A stretch of 64,000 nucleotides of DNA, taken from assembly GCF_964355755.1 (NCBI RefSeq), contig NC_092674.1, forward strand, positions 11,470,001 through 11,534,000, in the 5' to 3' direction. This document shows positions 1-12,455 of this stretch, piece after piece; within the stretch, counting starts at the first letter, position 1, and each line of letters starts with the position of its first letter. Under the pieces are notes generated by a model. That model had not been told where the DNA came from, searched no databases, and saw only the letters and a program-made list of their open reading frames with translations. Source of the stretch: Antedon mediterranea (taxonomy: Eukaryota; Animalia; Echinodermata). The translations under genes and the position numbers were made by a program.

Positions 1-260
1 ACCTCAACAATTTCTTTGACCACTATAGTTACCCCATTTACTATGTTCGATCGCGAGTCAACCATATATTGAACCTCGTCTTTTCCCATAGTTCCCACTT
101 TTAACCTAAACACTTGTGCGAGGCAGCCATATGCTGAACCTCTGGAACCATATACACCATTTCCCACTTCTACTTGACCACTCCGCGAGGCAACCATCTG
201 TTGAACCTCTCAATCTACCCTTAGTAAAGCCGTAGTAGGGACAGTCACATGCTGGACCCC
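1..260 (-). repeat. Array of ~25-bp hairpin repeats (GAGGTTCA..A.ATGG.TG.CTCGC on minus strand) with ~40-47-nt variable intervals, running off the window edge
   Basis: Copies at 53-77, 118-142 and 185-209, a degenerate copy at 238-260 and a partial copy at 1-5. Period is 65-72 bp for the conserved copies. Confidence 0.8.
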
Positions 261-283
261 TGTGTTATGTTCCCCTAACCCAT

Positions 284-580
284 TTAAGCGAAAACGACTG
301 CCCGTGATCTCCATCTACCTAAATCTTGAATTTCATTCTCTGCCACACCCTGAGACGCCGACTCGCTCGCCGCCCCAATTCTAAAACCTTGTATCTGGCA
401 GGATCTAGATCTACAAAAGAGGGCCGACTTTGTATTTAAACATGAGCACATATTCCTGTACACACCGGACGGTACAAATATCACTTCCAGGAGTTGAAGC
501 AAGGGAGAGCACAACCGGGGGCCTACCCGTAGACGTTTTGGAATAGTGCACAACCCCTCTTCTGAAACAGTCGCGTCCAA
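284..580 (-). pseudogene. Degenerate tyrosine recombinase C-terminus of a DIRS/Ngaro-type retrotransposon
   Basis: ORF ends ...GFRIGAASESASQGVAENEIQDLGRWRSRAV, matching the DIRS YR signature HSFRIGAA...I..LGRW.S.A...Y. The catalytic His and Tyr are not visible in frame, so it looks decayed. Confidence 0.8.
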
Positions 581-1204
581 AAAGCTAAATTAAAACAAAA
601 AAGTCACACATAATAATATATATTATGCTGATCAAAAGCACACGCATGTATCAACATGCCAGGTGGGAGAATACATTGTATGGGAGGGCAAGGGAATATT
701 GTCTTTATCCAATTAGATCATACACATAATTATGCTTCTTACCTTTATAAGTAATTTAGAACAGATATACAGGCGTACTTTTACGCCTGCTTCAAAAATG
801 TTATCTAGCTTCCAATCTTCGTTATCTATAACATTTGCACGATAATCTGCTAAATGACATTTGATCAAGTTTCCAAATATGGAATTTCCATTTTGAAAGA
901 AAATGTTTTGTACCCAACTTAATCATATTCTTGAATCGTTGAATATCTGTTGGTGCGTACGGTTACAATTAGCCACTTCCAGGCTGAGCTAATTGCTCAA
1001 CCATCTCCCAGTGCAGATCCATTAACATTGAAGTAGCAGGAACATCCTTGGTAGAATTCTTGCTAGGCCTATCCCTAGTTGGTTTGCCACCTTCTGGCGG
1101 GCCACTTGTGAGGCCATGCCGACTGTAAACAAAATGGTTGCCTAGCTGTATTAGAAAATAAATCCTTGAAAATCTCAATATTCAAAGTAGAATGATTATG
1201 TTAT

Positions 1205-2514
1205 GCGCGATTTGAACGATTTGAAATTGCGCAAGAAAATCCTTGCGCAATTTCAAATTGCGCAGCACAATTTGTAAAATTGTAAAATTGCGCAACAGAA
1301 TTCTACCAGAATGCGTGCTAACGTCGACGATTGGTTAACAATAATAATTTATTGGAAACTAATAACTCAAAATGAAACATAATAAATGCGAAGATAACAT
1401 GTGTATAATACACAACATAAATGGCATACACAATTAAATAATATTGTCGTGGTCCGAACAAATAAAGAGGAGAAAACACTTGGTTTCTTTCCTTCAGTGC
1501 GATTTTATTAGTTTCGTCAAATCATTACATAGGCATAAGTCATTTCAGGTACAAGAATTCGAGATTTAAGATATAAGATTCAAGCCCTGCAAAATACGAA
1601 TAACAAATAACAATTGCCACTGTATCTAACAGTCAATTATAACAATAAGTAATAATGTAATAATTCACAACACTAATACAACAACGAACAATCACAATAT
1701 AATAGTACCTCAAGTTATCAACACCAACGTATGTATGACACAGCATCAACTCGTGATAACAAGATAACAACTCCTGATTATTATACTTCCGACTGAGCAA
1801 AACTAAGATAAATATTGTAAATGCAAGTTTCATTAATTGCAAGCATGATTATAGTTAACATATGGTAAATCAGTTGCTTATATATATATAAGTTAAGCTT
1901 AGTACTTACAAAATAAGAACATATCAATAGCTTAAACAAACTCTCAACCAAAACTGTAGTAACATAGCGAGAGCCAACAAAACGAACAAAAGACCCGCTC
2001 TGCTTACGCACGGTCTTTTATCACACAGTGTCACCTGTATTCCAATTACAGAATGACTACGCAGCGCCCTCAATACTCAATTCATCACAATATTATCACT
2101 CATTGTAACTTGAAATAAATCAAAATGAATGTAAAAATAACAAAAATTAAGGCAGTAATACACAACATAGTCTACCGCCACCACCATTTAGACTTGCTAT
2201 CAAAACATAGCCAGTAGTAAGCTAGAGTAGTATAGTCACCCGCCGGGGAACACCACCACTTCGTTTTCCTTTGTCGGGTCTTCGTTGGTATGCTAACAAT
2301 AACAACATTTTCACAATTAAAATAAGGAAATGCGATATTATCTTTAATTTTTAATCATTCTTAGAAATTACTATAAAAATATGGGTGTGCATGATTTCAC
2401 AATCTGTCAAAAAACCTTGCGCAATTTGCAGATTACTTGCGCAATTTAATACGTTGCTTGCGCAATTTGAAACAGATGTTTCAATTCAAATTGCGCAAGG
2501 AATTCTTTGTGCAC
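1205..2514. mobile_element. Probable non-autonomous element bounded by inverted clusters of TTGCGCAA palindromes
   Basis: About four TTGCGCA(A/G) motifs at 1228-1295 and four at 2417-2498. Segment 1228-1258 is approximately the reverse complement of 2483-2514. No TSD identified. Confidence 0.4.
1445..2167 (-). mobile_element. Possible solo LTR
   Basis: Imperfect inverted ends TGTCGTG...CACAACA, with AATAAA on the minus strand ~60 bp from the putative 3' end. No target-site duplication seen. Confidence 0.25.
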
Positions 2515-2695
2515 TACACATGGGTCATCTCAGTTTCTCTTTGCCATCTATGCTCACATATCCTTGTGAACATCCAGCAGTTGTGTATTTGTGATGTTGG
2601 TGCACTACACATGGGTCGTCTCAGTTTGTCATTGCCATCTGTACTCACATATCCTTGTGAACATCCAGCAGTTGTGCATTTGTGATGTATCCACT
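2508..2695 (-). pseudogene. Tandemly duplicated (~91 bp) Cys-rich exon resembling the CxC/KDZ (Kyakuja-Dileera-Zisupton) transposase-associated region
   Basis: HKCTTAGCSQGYVSTDGNDKLRRPMCSAP (H.C...GC......DGN.K..R..C) follows a CAG acceptor. A second copy lies out of frame. Confidence 0.4.
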
Positions 2696-3397
2696 GTGTA
2701 AATAGGGAAAGCAAATGTTAGTAACAATATTGTTGTATTTGGTTAAATGTATACAAAATATGTGTAACAAAAATCAATACAATTTCAATACAATTTATTT
2801 CTTTGATGAAAGAATGTTCTTTCAACCTTAAAAAATAACTAAACACATCAACAGAAAGATTAAAGTCAAATACTCTTGAATTGAAGAGTTCAGTAGTAAA
2901 AACTCCTGTGTTGCTATGTCTTATGTTGCTATATCTACAATTGGGAACATAAAAATATCCAAATCTTTACAAGTGAAATTGCACCTGCAAAACTGCAAAT
3001 GAAACTGTTTTTCCACACTATTGGCCTCTTCTCCGGCAATTTCGAAGTGTACCTATTTTTTGCACATTAAATGCTATCTTTGTTGTGTCAGGCTAGACAC
3101 TGGGCCAACCAACATCAGTTGATTCTCTTTTGTTTAGTTTCAACGGGAGTCGTTTAAAGGTAAAACAGCAGAACTGCCATTTTGCATTTTGAATACAGCT
3201 TTAATTAACACTCGTGACGTTGCCTGAAATCACATAACGTGCAGTTGTCACTTTTGCAAGGGAATCATAAGTGAGACATCTCACATACCTACTGTCCTAG
3301 TAGGACATTCAGCTGGCGTACAGTGCAGTGTAGTTTTTTTCCATCTTCATTGTTTTGTGTTTGCTTTCCAAGACTAACTTTGTTTGAATGAACAAAA

Positions 3398-4260
3398 TTA
3401 GTTTTCAAGTAGACTCCCAATATGACCTACAGGGTACTCGATGTACTTGTTGATGTAAGGAGTACAATGAGGTGAAATATATATTTCCTTGTCTCTCTTA
3501 GTGAGTTTGTGGCATAAGTGCAGCTGCCAGAAATCGAGACATTGAAAGATCTGACAGATCATCAAAAATAAAAAAAATTTCACCTGCAAAACTGCAAATG
3601 AAACTGTTTTTCCAAACTAATATATACCCGAATGAGAAATAGGCGGTAGGGTGTCGCAATAAAGTAATTAATAATATAACAATGCTCTTGTGCTGATGAA
3701 AAAATTGCCCTTTGTTACCTTTATTTGAGGAAAATATTCTGGAATGCACTAAAGCAGTGCTTGCAAGTTGATTGTTAACTATGTCGTCTGTTACTATGAA
3801 CAATGTTTCCTCGGAATAGGTGGTAGGGGTTGCAATAAAATCATTAATAATGTGACAAAGCTCTTGTGCTGACGATAAAGAGTCTGCTGTGATCTGACCC
3901 ATGTCATTTAATCCTATGTTTACTATACTGAATTGTGGTTGTTTTAATTACCCGAGTATGTATACATTCTATATTTCCTTGTCTCTCTTAACATTTAGCG
4001 GCATAGTGCAGCTCCCATAAAAAGAGTCTCTTGGATTAATCGTAAGCATTGAAAGATCTTTTTTCCCATTTTCTAACTTTGTTTGAATGAACAAAATTAG
4101 TTTCCAAGTAGACTACCAATTTGACCTACAGGGTACTTGATATACTTGTTGACAAGGGAGGGTACAATGAGGTGAAATATATATTCTATATTTCCTTGTC
4201 TCTCTATAGCGGCATAGTGCAGCTGTCAGAAATCGAGAAAGATCTGACAGATCATCAAAA
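3398..4260 (-). mobile_element. Scrambled remnants of Polinton/Maverick protein-primed DNA polymerase B
   Basis: Minus-strand INPRDSFYG (~4012-4042) and (Y)FTSLYP...(V/I)NKYI.YPVG(H/Q) twice (~3420-3480 and ~4120-4180). These match the Polinton pPolB motifs LNPRDAF.GGRT and DFTSLYP.VNKY..YPVGHP, with frameshifts. Confidence 0.7.
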
Positions 4261-5559
4261 AGGTGAAAACAGTCTACCTCTTTTTTCACATTAAATTAAA
4301 TGCTATCTTTGTTGTGTCAGCCTAGATTGTATTTCAACAAACCATTCTCTTTTGTTTAGTTATTTTCTGGAGTCGTTTAAAGGTAAAACAGCAGAACTGC
4401 CATATTGCATTCTGAATGCAACTCCAACACTTGTGACGTTGCCTGATATCACATAACTTGCAGTTGTCACTTTTGCAAGGTTATCATAAGTGGGACATCT
4501 TGCACTACATGGGCTGTTGAAATCCATGTTCTAGTAGGACATTCAGCTGGTGGGTACGTTGTACAGTGCAGTGCAGTTGGGAGTATTCAAAATAAAGATT
4601 TATGAAGATTAAGTATGTTTGTAAACCAACCTACCTTTAGCCACATGCCAGATATCAAAGTAATGAGTTATTTGACTTATACTTTTGAATTAAAGCATGC
4701 CGGTCCATCAATAAAGTCAACTACAGTAAGCAACAACTTCAAAGAAATCATACAGTAACAATCTTACCTGAACAAGTTCCATAGCCTAGATCTTTTTTTC
4801 TTTCCAGGTCTAACAAAGTATAGCTTCCATATTTCCCATTGTGCATCACCACCTAATGTCATGCCTTTCTGTCACATAAATTTGTAATAGACGGTAATAA
4901 AAAATTGTTGAAGGAGGGTGTGTCTTTCATATGTTTTCACACCCCAAAAGCATAACCATTTTAATGGTATTGCTCAATACGTTCCTCTTCAAGATCTACA
5001 GGGATTGGTGTAATTATTCCATCTGTTTGAAGTTTCAATTCTATTTCCTTCTGGTTAAATGTGTACAAAGTAAACAAAAATCGACATGACGAAAAACTTG
5101 CTTGGCTGTGATTTTCAGTTGTACTCTACAGTGCAGTGTAGTTATAGTTTTGTCTGTTTCGTGTTTGCTTTCCAAGAGAGTTTCATAGTCCCCTTCGCAC
5201 CTCAACCCCTAAGGCTGGTCATCTCTTCATCAAGAGTCAGCCTATCCAGAAAAACTCTGAGCATTCGGACTGCAGCTTCCCTGGTTGTGTGGCTCTGCGT
5301 GCATTTAATTCTTTCAGCCAGGCGTGGTTTGCATAATATGCCTCTTGCAGACATTCGGGGGTGTTTGATTTGAAAGACCAACTTCAATATCTTGTTTGAA
5401 TTTCTCCATGTTTATTTGTTTTAAATTGTGATTTTTTTCTCACAATTTTTTGTAATGCTGGTTTTTTAAGATCCAGATTGCACATTACTGCAAAATGGTC
5501 AGAAAAACCTGGATGAACATATATCATAGATATAAATGAATCTACATTATCACGAATAA

Positions 5560-6110
5560 TGGTAAGGTCAAGACAATGACCACTGTGTGTGTAGGCTCAC
5601 TGACATGTTGCAAAAGGCTGAATGATAATAGAAGAGATTTAAATTTATTATCATGTGAATTATTCGCATTATCCTTATGAATGTTAAAATCTCCACAACA
5701 AATTATTTCAGATGAGTAAAAAAGGTACTCGTGTATTACCGCATGGTCAGGAAATGTTAACAATATTGAATATTTTAGACTTTGATGAAATCTGAACATG
5801 AATGACTACAAATGAAGAGAATGATATTATCATATTTACAATTATATTAATTTTATAAAGAATTCCAACACCACCTCCAATTTTATCAACTCTAGGGACA
5901 TTTTTAAAACTATACCCTAATGTTGTTAAATTACTAATCACAAAAACATCAATCGATTTTAACCAGGTTTCTGATACTGCTACACAATATCTATACTGAT
6001 CCAAAACAAAATCACAGAACTCATCACATTTATTTTTCGTAATGATCGAGCATTTAGTATACACAAGTTTAATTTTGAAGAATGTGAACTTCTGGTGCAG
6101 TGTTGTTTTA
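5560..6110 (-). mobile_element. Non-LTR retrotransposon (CR1/L2 group) APE endonuclease fragment
   Basis: LNLCILNARSL, VAVSETWL, R..K.GGGVGILYK, CGDFNIH and LLQHVSEPTH spread over three frames. Confidence 0.85.
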
Positions 6111-6211
6111 CAAACTGTTTCGAGGTACTTGCTCCGCTCTTGATATATTTGGTTTCTGTGGGTTTTATTGGTTGAAACTGATGTTCCAACGAACGGTTTG
6201 CTTCCGTTTGT

Positions 6212-9200
6212 CAGCGATACAGATTTGCCTGACGAAAAACCGTCCAGGTACACACACAGATTTATCACAATTTATATGCTTCTGGCAAAAGACCCAACTC
6301 AAATTTTATTGAGGTGAATTCCGTCAGCAGAAAATGACATAACTGTTGTCAATCTTTTATTATTTGTATCATTAATTCGTTAAAACAGGCTCTTTTTTCC
6401 GATGAATTATTGAGGATATTGTCAACTTCTACTATATATATACTAGTTTACTCGATACCATTGGTACAGTATATAAATTATGAACAGATGTAATTTATGT
6501 TACGATGTTGCATTTTAATACACCGTTATTATCCATGCCGGGTATCTATTCATAGCACTGGATGCTAGGCATGTTGCGTCCAAGAATACTAAAGATGGAG
6601 TAAACCAATTAGGTCAGCTGCTGTTGATTCCTTGTTTTAATGTACGCAGCTCTCACAACATACAGAAATTAAAAGAGTAAAATTAATGTTTTAAAGTACT
6701 TCCTTTAATATGCACCATCCACAATGATGTCAACATTTGCAAAGTAATTCCAAAACAAAGTAAAATCCCAGAGATATCCAATAGTAATAAAGTGTAAATA
6801 ATAAACTGTAGAGCTAGAGCTGGTAAAAGAAAATAATGGCTGCTGTGCACTTGCACAGACCTGTACCCTTGCACAGGCAAACAACAACTGAACAGAACAA
6901 AAGAAAATTAGGACAAAGGAAAACAAAGGAGAAACAGCACACTGTGCACACTTGGCAAATAATATGTAAATGAGAATGCAAATAAGAAAGTAACAGAATA
7001 AATGAATATTCATAGGGCAGAAACTTCTATTATAATAGGAACTAAAGTAATATAAAATAAATACATGCACTCTGCAGTAACAATAACTATACAATTGTAG
7101 TGATTTGATATTTTAATATCTCCAAAAATGGTTAGTTATTATTACAACCCTATACAATAATATCTTCAGAAGGCCCTCACTGATTAGTTGACCATTGTCA
7201 TCTAGCATCATTTCTTTACATGCGCGCAACATTTCTCTAAAAAATTCTTGTCTCGGGCCCCCCTAAATCTTTAGCTCTCTCGCCCAAAAACTCAACTTCC
7301 AGTGGAACTGTTAAGTCAGGGTCAGGCGCCATAAGTTCGACAACTCCGTCAGCGAAAAGCGTGTTCCTAGAGGGAAATGTGTTTTTAAGTATGATTTTCT
7401 CAAATAATGAACCTGGTCGGTATGTAGTTTTTATTTGTCGTAATAATGACCGTGCGATAAACATTGGAAATGTGTCGCCTTCCATGGTTTCAGCATCGGT
7501 TGTGAGGTCGAGTGGGTGACCACGCATCACATTCTTCTGAAACGTTCTCAGAATTTCTACAAGATTATTTCCTTTAAACAATAAAAAAAAATAAATAATT
7601 AGCAGCAAGTCGTTATTTTCATTAAAGAAAAGACTAAAAACTTAAATTATTTTAAGTTAGCTGATATTAAATGTTAGTTTCTCAGTTTTATCCACTTTTC
7701 TTAATTGTTATTATTATTATTAAAGGATGGCAAAGTTTAGTAAACTTCTAATTTGACTCCTAATTTAGTTGTGTTCTATTATTGTTTATGCGTACACTAT
7801 TATTATCTTGTTTGCATTATAAACACTATTATTATCTTGTTTGCATTATAAACACTATTATTTTAATATTTTGCATAAACGTTATTTGAATTGAATTGAA
7901 ATAACTTGCATTGTATTCAGCGTTTTTCTGACGGCTTTGTGAACATGAGTTTGCAAGGGTTTAAATGTTGGTCTGCCTTTGGAACATCCCTAAATAACAA
8001 CAGATAGTGTTATATTACAAAAATTGAAATTTAAAATTGTTTGCGCCAAATGGTGAAGATACGTCTGTGAGCCGGGCTAGGCACACTGACAGAGCATAGT
8101 GAGTCAACCAGTATCGGATTTCAAATAATAAATACGTTGCGCTGTAGTAACTTCCTTACAATTGAAGTGGGAATGTTATAGGAAAAACCCCTCCAGTCTC
8201 TTCTAGCAAGCACAATTTACGCATTATTATTAGTATCATGCGTGTATAGGCTTATTTGTGAAGTACTGTACAAATTTGAACGATGATATAATAACGCATT
8301 ACCTATTACAATTTCTAAGAATGGTTGTTATCGTCCAAAATAATACCTTGTGGGTCATATTTAAAAACGACAACTACAATATAGGTTACGATTTAGATGG
8401 TAAAACAATATTTTAGACTACTGTATTAAAATTATTCCCAGTAACTTTTATGAGAACTCTTCAATACTTCACTAGCTGTTTTAAATTAAATACTATAGGC
8501 ACATAATCAATAAATCAATAAATACAAATCAACAAAAATTATCTTTACCTTACTCTTCATTCTTTTCTTCTCACTAAGTTCTTTGACACTAGCATAGTGT
8601 TTTGTTGAATCAACATTTCCCTGTTGAATCCACTGAAATTCAACAGCGGTAAAAAATGGCTATTGAATCACAGGCAAATTTGTGTTGCAGAAAAAAGGAT
8701 GTGTCAAAGTTATTACTGGTTTTCATTATGACATCGATACTTTAGGTATTGCTAAATATACTTGAAAAATTGCTTGATAGCGTTTTGTTCTTTTCTTGAT
8801 AAAAATCTTGAGGATGTGCATTTAATTTAAATTATTAAACCATATTTAGGGATTAAAAATGAAGGAACAACATACCGGTCGATGGTATCAAGGGAACTGT
8901 GTGATTAATTGATGTTGATTCATGATCTTCATCAAATTGGCACCATAAAATGCCAGTATCCGGACCACAATCCTGATCACAAGGTGTCAATTTTTCCATT
9001 GTAACGCTAATGACAAGAATTACACTTGGAGCATTTCTTAAATCAAAATTAACAATTATTAAATACTTCAATGATGACCATAGTGTTCATAGATTTATAT
9101 ATAAATGTCATTTGATAATGTTTGATTAATAATAGAGAAACATAATCTGTATCTATAATATATATCTATAATATACTCATAGCACTAATAACAAGTTGCC

Positions 9201-9782
9201 ACTATATGTACTACCAATTGGTTGTTGGTCTATGGCCTCTGTTCTTATCTATTGAAGCAACCAGAACATCTTGACAGTATGCTTTTGCAAACTCCAATAA
9301 TGCCTGATTCACAGACATAGAAGGAAATGCTGAAATGCTGAAATAGAAGAGGCCTCGAACTGGAGGCCACTTCAGGAAATAGCTCTCTGCATATTTCTTT
9401 GATTACATTGTACTTTTCTTATGGCACAACAACCCGATTCTTTGCTATCTCGTCTAAAATGTTACAGTAGTGTGACATACAGTATTTCTTTGGCCGTACT
9501 CGATTATGTTGGAGGAAATAAGCATAAGAGCAAACAAAGCCTTTACCACAGGGTGTAATTCACTATTTTGAATCAGTATTACGACTGTACTAATGTGTTG
9601 ACCGGGCCCGGAATTATGGTAGTGCTAGTATACCATGTAGTTTAGCCTCAAAGCGATACCACGTAGCTGGAGTAGTTTGGAGAAATACATTAGAGATTCA
9701 TGAGACTTGGTGTGTGATGATTTAGCAAAATAATCTCTGTGAAAGACAAAATTGTTGAATTGGGGAATATTATTCCTATACT
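6212..9782. repeat. Local segmental duplication, copy A (paralogous to 14277-17533)
   Basis: Near-identical sequence (e.g. 7083-9782 vs 14868-17533). Copy A has extra sequence at ~6611-7083 and is broken at 9783 by a LINE fragment. Confidence 0.95.
7190..7571 (-). pseudogene. HECT E3 ubiquitin ligase (G2E3-like) pseudo-exon, copy A
   Basis: PLEVEFLGERAKDLGGP then (shifted frame) RQEF/REMLRACKE matches the HECT N-lobe motif V.F.GE...D.GG..RE. AG acceptor at ~7572. Frameshifted. Confidence 0.7.
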
Positions 9783-10130
9783 TAACTACCAATAATGTTA
9801 TACTGGGAATTGGCGTAGCTGGATTTCTTAACCTTACCCCAGAAACTATTGTAGTCCTTATCGTCAAAAGACTTGGCCATCGAGTCCGCCCTTAGCATTT
9901 CTTCGTTGGATTTACACTTTCTGAGGGCATTTTTGAAATTAAATCTAGTGATTTTCATGTGTTCATAGATGTGGCCATATCTGGGTTTACCCAACCCACG
10001 CCACTTCAAAAATGCTCCCCGGGCATGTTTATGAAATCCAGCTACTCGGTTATTCCACCCAGGGACAACATTGACTTTTTGATTTTTAGTCGACTTAAAA
10101 CACCACTTTCAGACACTCAATAATATTGTC
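9783..10130 (-). mobile_element. Non-LTR retrotransposon ORF2 linker fragment
   Basis: VVPGWN..V..FHKHARGAFLKWRGLGKPRYG..YEHMKITRFNFKNALR...FWGKVKK is typical of the APE-RT linker of CR1-group LINEs. Confidence 0.65.
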
Positions 10131-10731
10131 ATATAAATCACTAATATCATCATGTCAGTTACTATAATATCACCTTTTCGTCTTGGTTTGTGCACATTAT
10201 TTTCCTTTAATTGGGGACACACGCACATAGTAAATCCTTTGCAGCTTTAATGTCATTTAAAGTGAAATTTGCAACAGTGATAGCGTGAAGACGGGCAAAC
10301 GTCATTGAACCCATGTTATTAACGAGAAAGCACAACAATTCATTAATTAAAACATCACCTGGTTGGTGAATAGTAGTTTCACTTTAATACAGAAGATAGT
10401 AGATCACTGGTACTAGTTGATGGCACGTCAATGTCATTAGTTAATTCCATCTGGCTACCCAAGGTAGTACTTTAACGCCGCAGCTGGATGACGTCATAGC
10501 GAGTAGCACACCTGTGAAGCCCTAAGGCAAGCACACTTCAATAAAGTTATCATAAAGTGACCTTGTCAAGTTCATGGAATCCTTGTCTGATTGTTCCAGA
10601 TACGTTGCCATTTTATCACTCGTCATGCAGCCATATAACTACAAATATTAAAACCATGTTTAAAGCCGGCCAAAATGGATGTGTACATACCTTGTGGGGA
10701 ACCTGTTAAGTAAGACGTTAGGTTGTTCAGT

Positions 10732-11640
10732 CTAATTGGGGTTGGTAGCGAGAAAGGATGGTGGTTGCCTAATTTTGTTAGGTTTTTGGAAACAAATTGT
10801 TGGGTGGTTTCCCCTGCAAATGTCGCAAGTATGTTTGAGGGTACAGGGTTTCTTTCTACAATCCTTTCCGTCGTTCCAGTTCCAACAGACTCCCCGGTTT
10901 CGCGTGTTTCGAAAGGAACTCTGAAATTTACTTTGAAAACGTTTGGTTTGGGACGTGTCAGTACGTAAATAATTATAGCATTTTACGAGGAGTTCCGTAT
11001 TCAAGAGCCCCCATTCTAGTGGACGAGATTGTCTCGCTTTTCGAAAGTTCAAGTCGTATCTTCGCCAGGCCCCTACCGGACCCGACGTATAAATATCTAG
11101 AATGTTAGCTATATACTTAAGCATAGGTTGGCATGCTTCTTTCTCTTTCAATATATATATGGATACATAAATATGCATCGCTTTCACCCAATCTAAAAAT
11201 TCAAGCGGTTGTTGTTGTTGGGGTGGTTCATGGTGAAGCTGTATGTTGCCATTGCCTACCGACATGCCCGTTACTGTAGCTTGTTCTTTATAACTAGGAA
11301 GTAGTGAACGCAGTTCAATAAATGTATCATTCCATATTTTATTTTTGATGGCTGCGCTGATACCTGCCCCAAGGGGGATGGCCTCTGATATATGGATATT
11401 GGGTTGAGCCAAAAGCTCCTCACCTGGAATTTGGTGGATAAATTCAGGTACTGGTGTCGTTGACACGATGTCCTTGGATACTGCGTGGCTGTCCTGAGGT
11501 TCTTTTTGACTCTCCACTTGTTGTAAGGCGTGCAGTTCTTTTGCCAGTTTGGCATAGTCAAGCGACGTCGCTACCTGCGGTACCTTCTTTTTCTGTGCGT
11601 TTTTTTCCGTTTTTGAATTTTTTGACGTTGTTTTTGGCAT
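10732..11640 (-). CDS. DIRS/Ngaro gag-like protein with C-terminal CCCH/CCHC-type zinc-binding motifs (302 aa)
   Basis: PLGAGISAAIKNKIWNDTFIELRSLL, W..A..IY, WRRYD..FR and CWNWN....C....C...H.C..C...H are hallmark motifs of DIRS-group gag. Confidence 0.85.
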   Translation of the reverse strand: MPKTTSKNSKTEKNAQKKKVPQVATSLDYAKLAKELHALQQVESQKEPQDSHAVSKDIVSTTPVPEFIHQIPGEELLAQPNIHISEAIPLGAGISAAIKNKIWNDTFIELRSLLPSYKEQATVTGMSVGNGNIQLHHEPPQQQQPLEFLDWVKAMHIYVSIYILKEKEACQPMLKYIANILDIYTSGPVGAWRRYDLNFRKARQSRPLEWGLLNTELLVKCYNYLRTDTSQTKRFQSKFQSSFRNTRNRGVCWNWNDGKDCRKKPCTLKHTCDICRGNHPTICFQKPNKIRQPPSFLATNPN

Positions 11641-12455
11641 ATTGTTTCTGGACGCCTACTGGACTCCTGTAGCCCCAGCATAAAAGAAAAAGTGTTTAAA
11701 ATGATAGGTTAATGTGAGGAATTTTCCTGAGCACATCAGATACCTATTACTGGTACCTTACAAAGGCTTGCTTAATTTAAATAGAATCGCCAAGCATTGC
11801 ATGTGCAATGAAATTAGAAATACGAGGAGACCAAATATAGCTCAGAAATATAGGTCAGATATAGTGTTGGTGTAAACCACCCAACATAAGTAAAAGTCGT
11901 GCAATTCTTTAAAAACGAATGCACTGTTATGAGTCATTGAGCTAGCAAAACTGTCCCTCGGGCGTAAAGCAAAGTAGCAGCAAAAGTTTCAAATAGTAAG
12001 GTATCTTCCGGTATATGTCCCTGGACCAAAACATAGCCGGAAATAAAAATGTTTCTACTTAGGCCCCTATATGAGAGCAAAACGAATCGTAGAAAATAAA
12101 ATGCTCAAAATGAGAGCAAAAATAACCTCAAAGGCAGGGTGAAAAACTCTGCCAATAGTAGCTCGATGTAAAAATGGTTGGCCTATATAAGAGAACAGTA
12201 ATTTTGCCTAAGGCCGCCGTCATGAGCAAAAAGAAATAAAAGTGAGGTTAAAATGATCCAGGTATTAAATGTATAACATTTACGTATTGTAACTTGGCCT
12301 ATAATTGGCACATAAAACGTAAATAATAGAGTTTTACTTTGACAGTAAAAGAAAAATGTAAGTTGGAGACATGTGTGTTGCACACCATCCCGTCGACTTA
12401 GTATAAACGATGATACAAGACAGTCGTCTTAAAGCCTAATCTTAAATAAATTATG

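Noticed and set aside
1-260. Bona fide CRISPR array
   Set aside because: Eukaryotic context with no cas genes. Repeats are degenerate and the intervals share a motif, so it is reported as a hairpin array instead.
680-1125. Exon-like segments with splice signals
   Set aside because: No recognisable domain, and a consistent reading frame could not be assembled.
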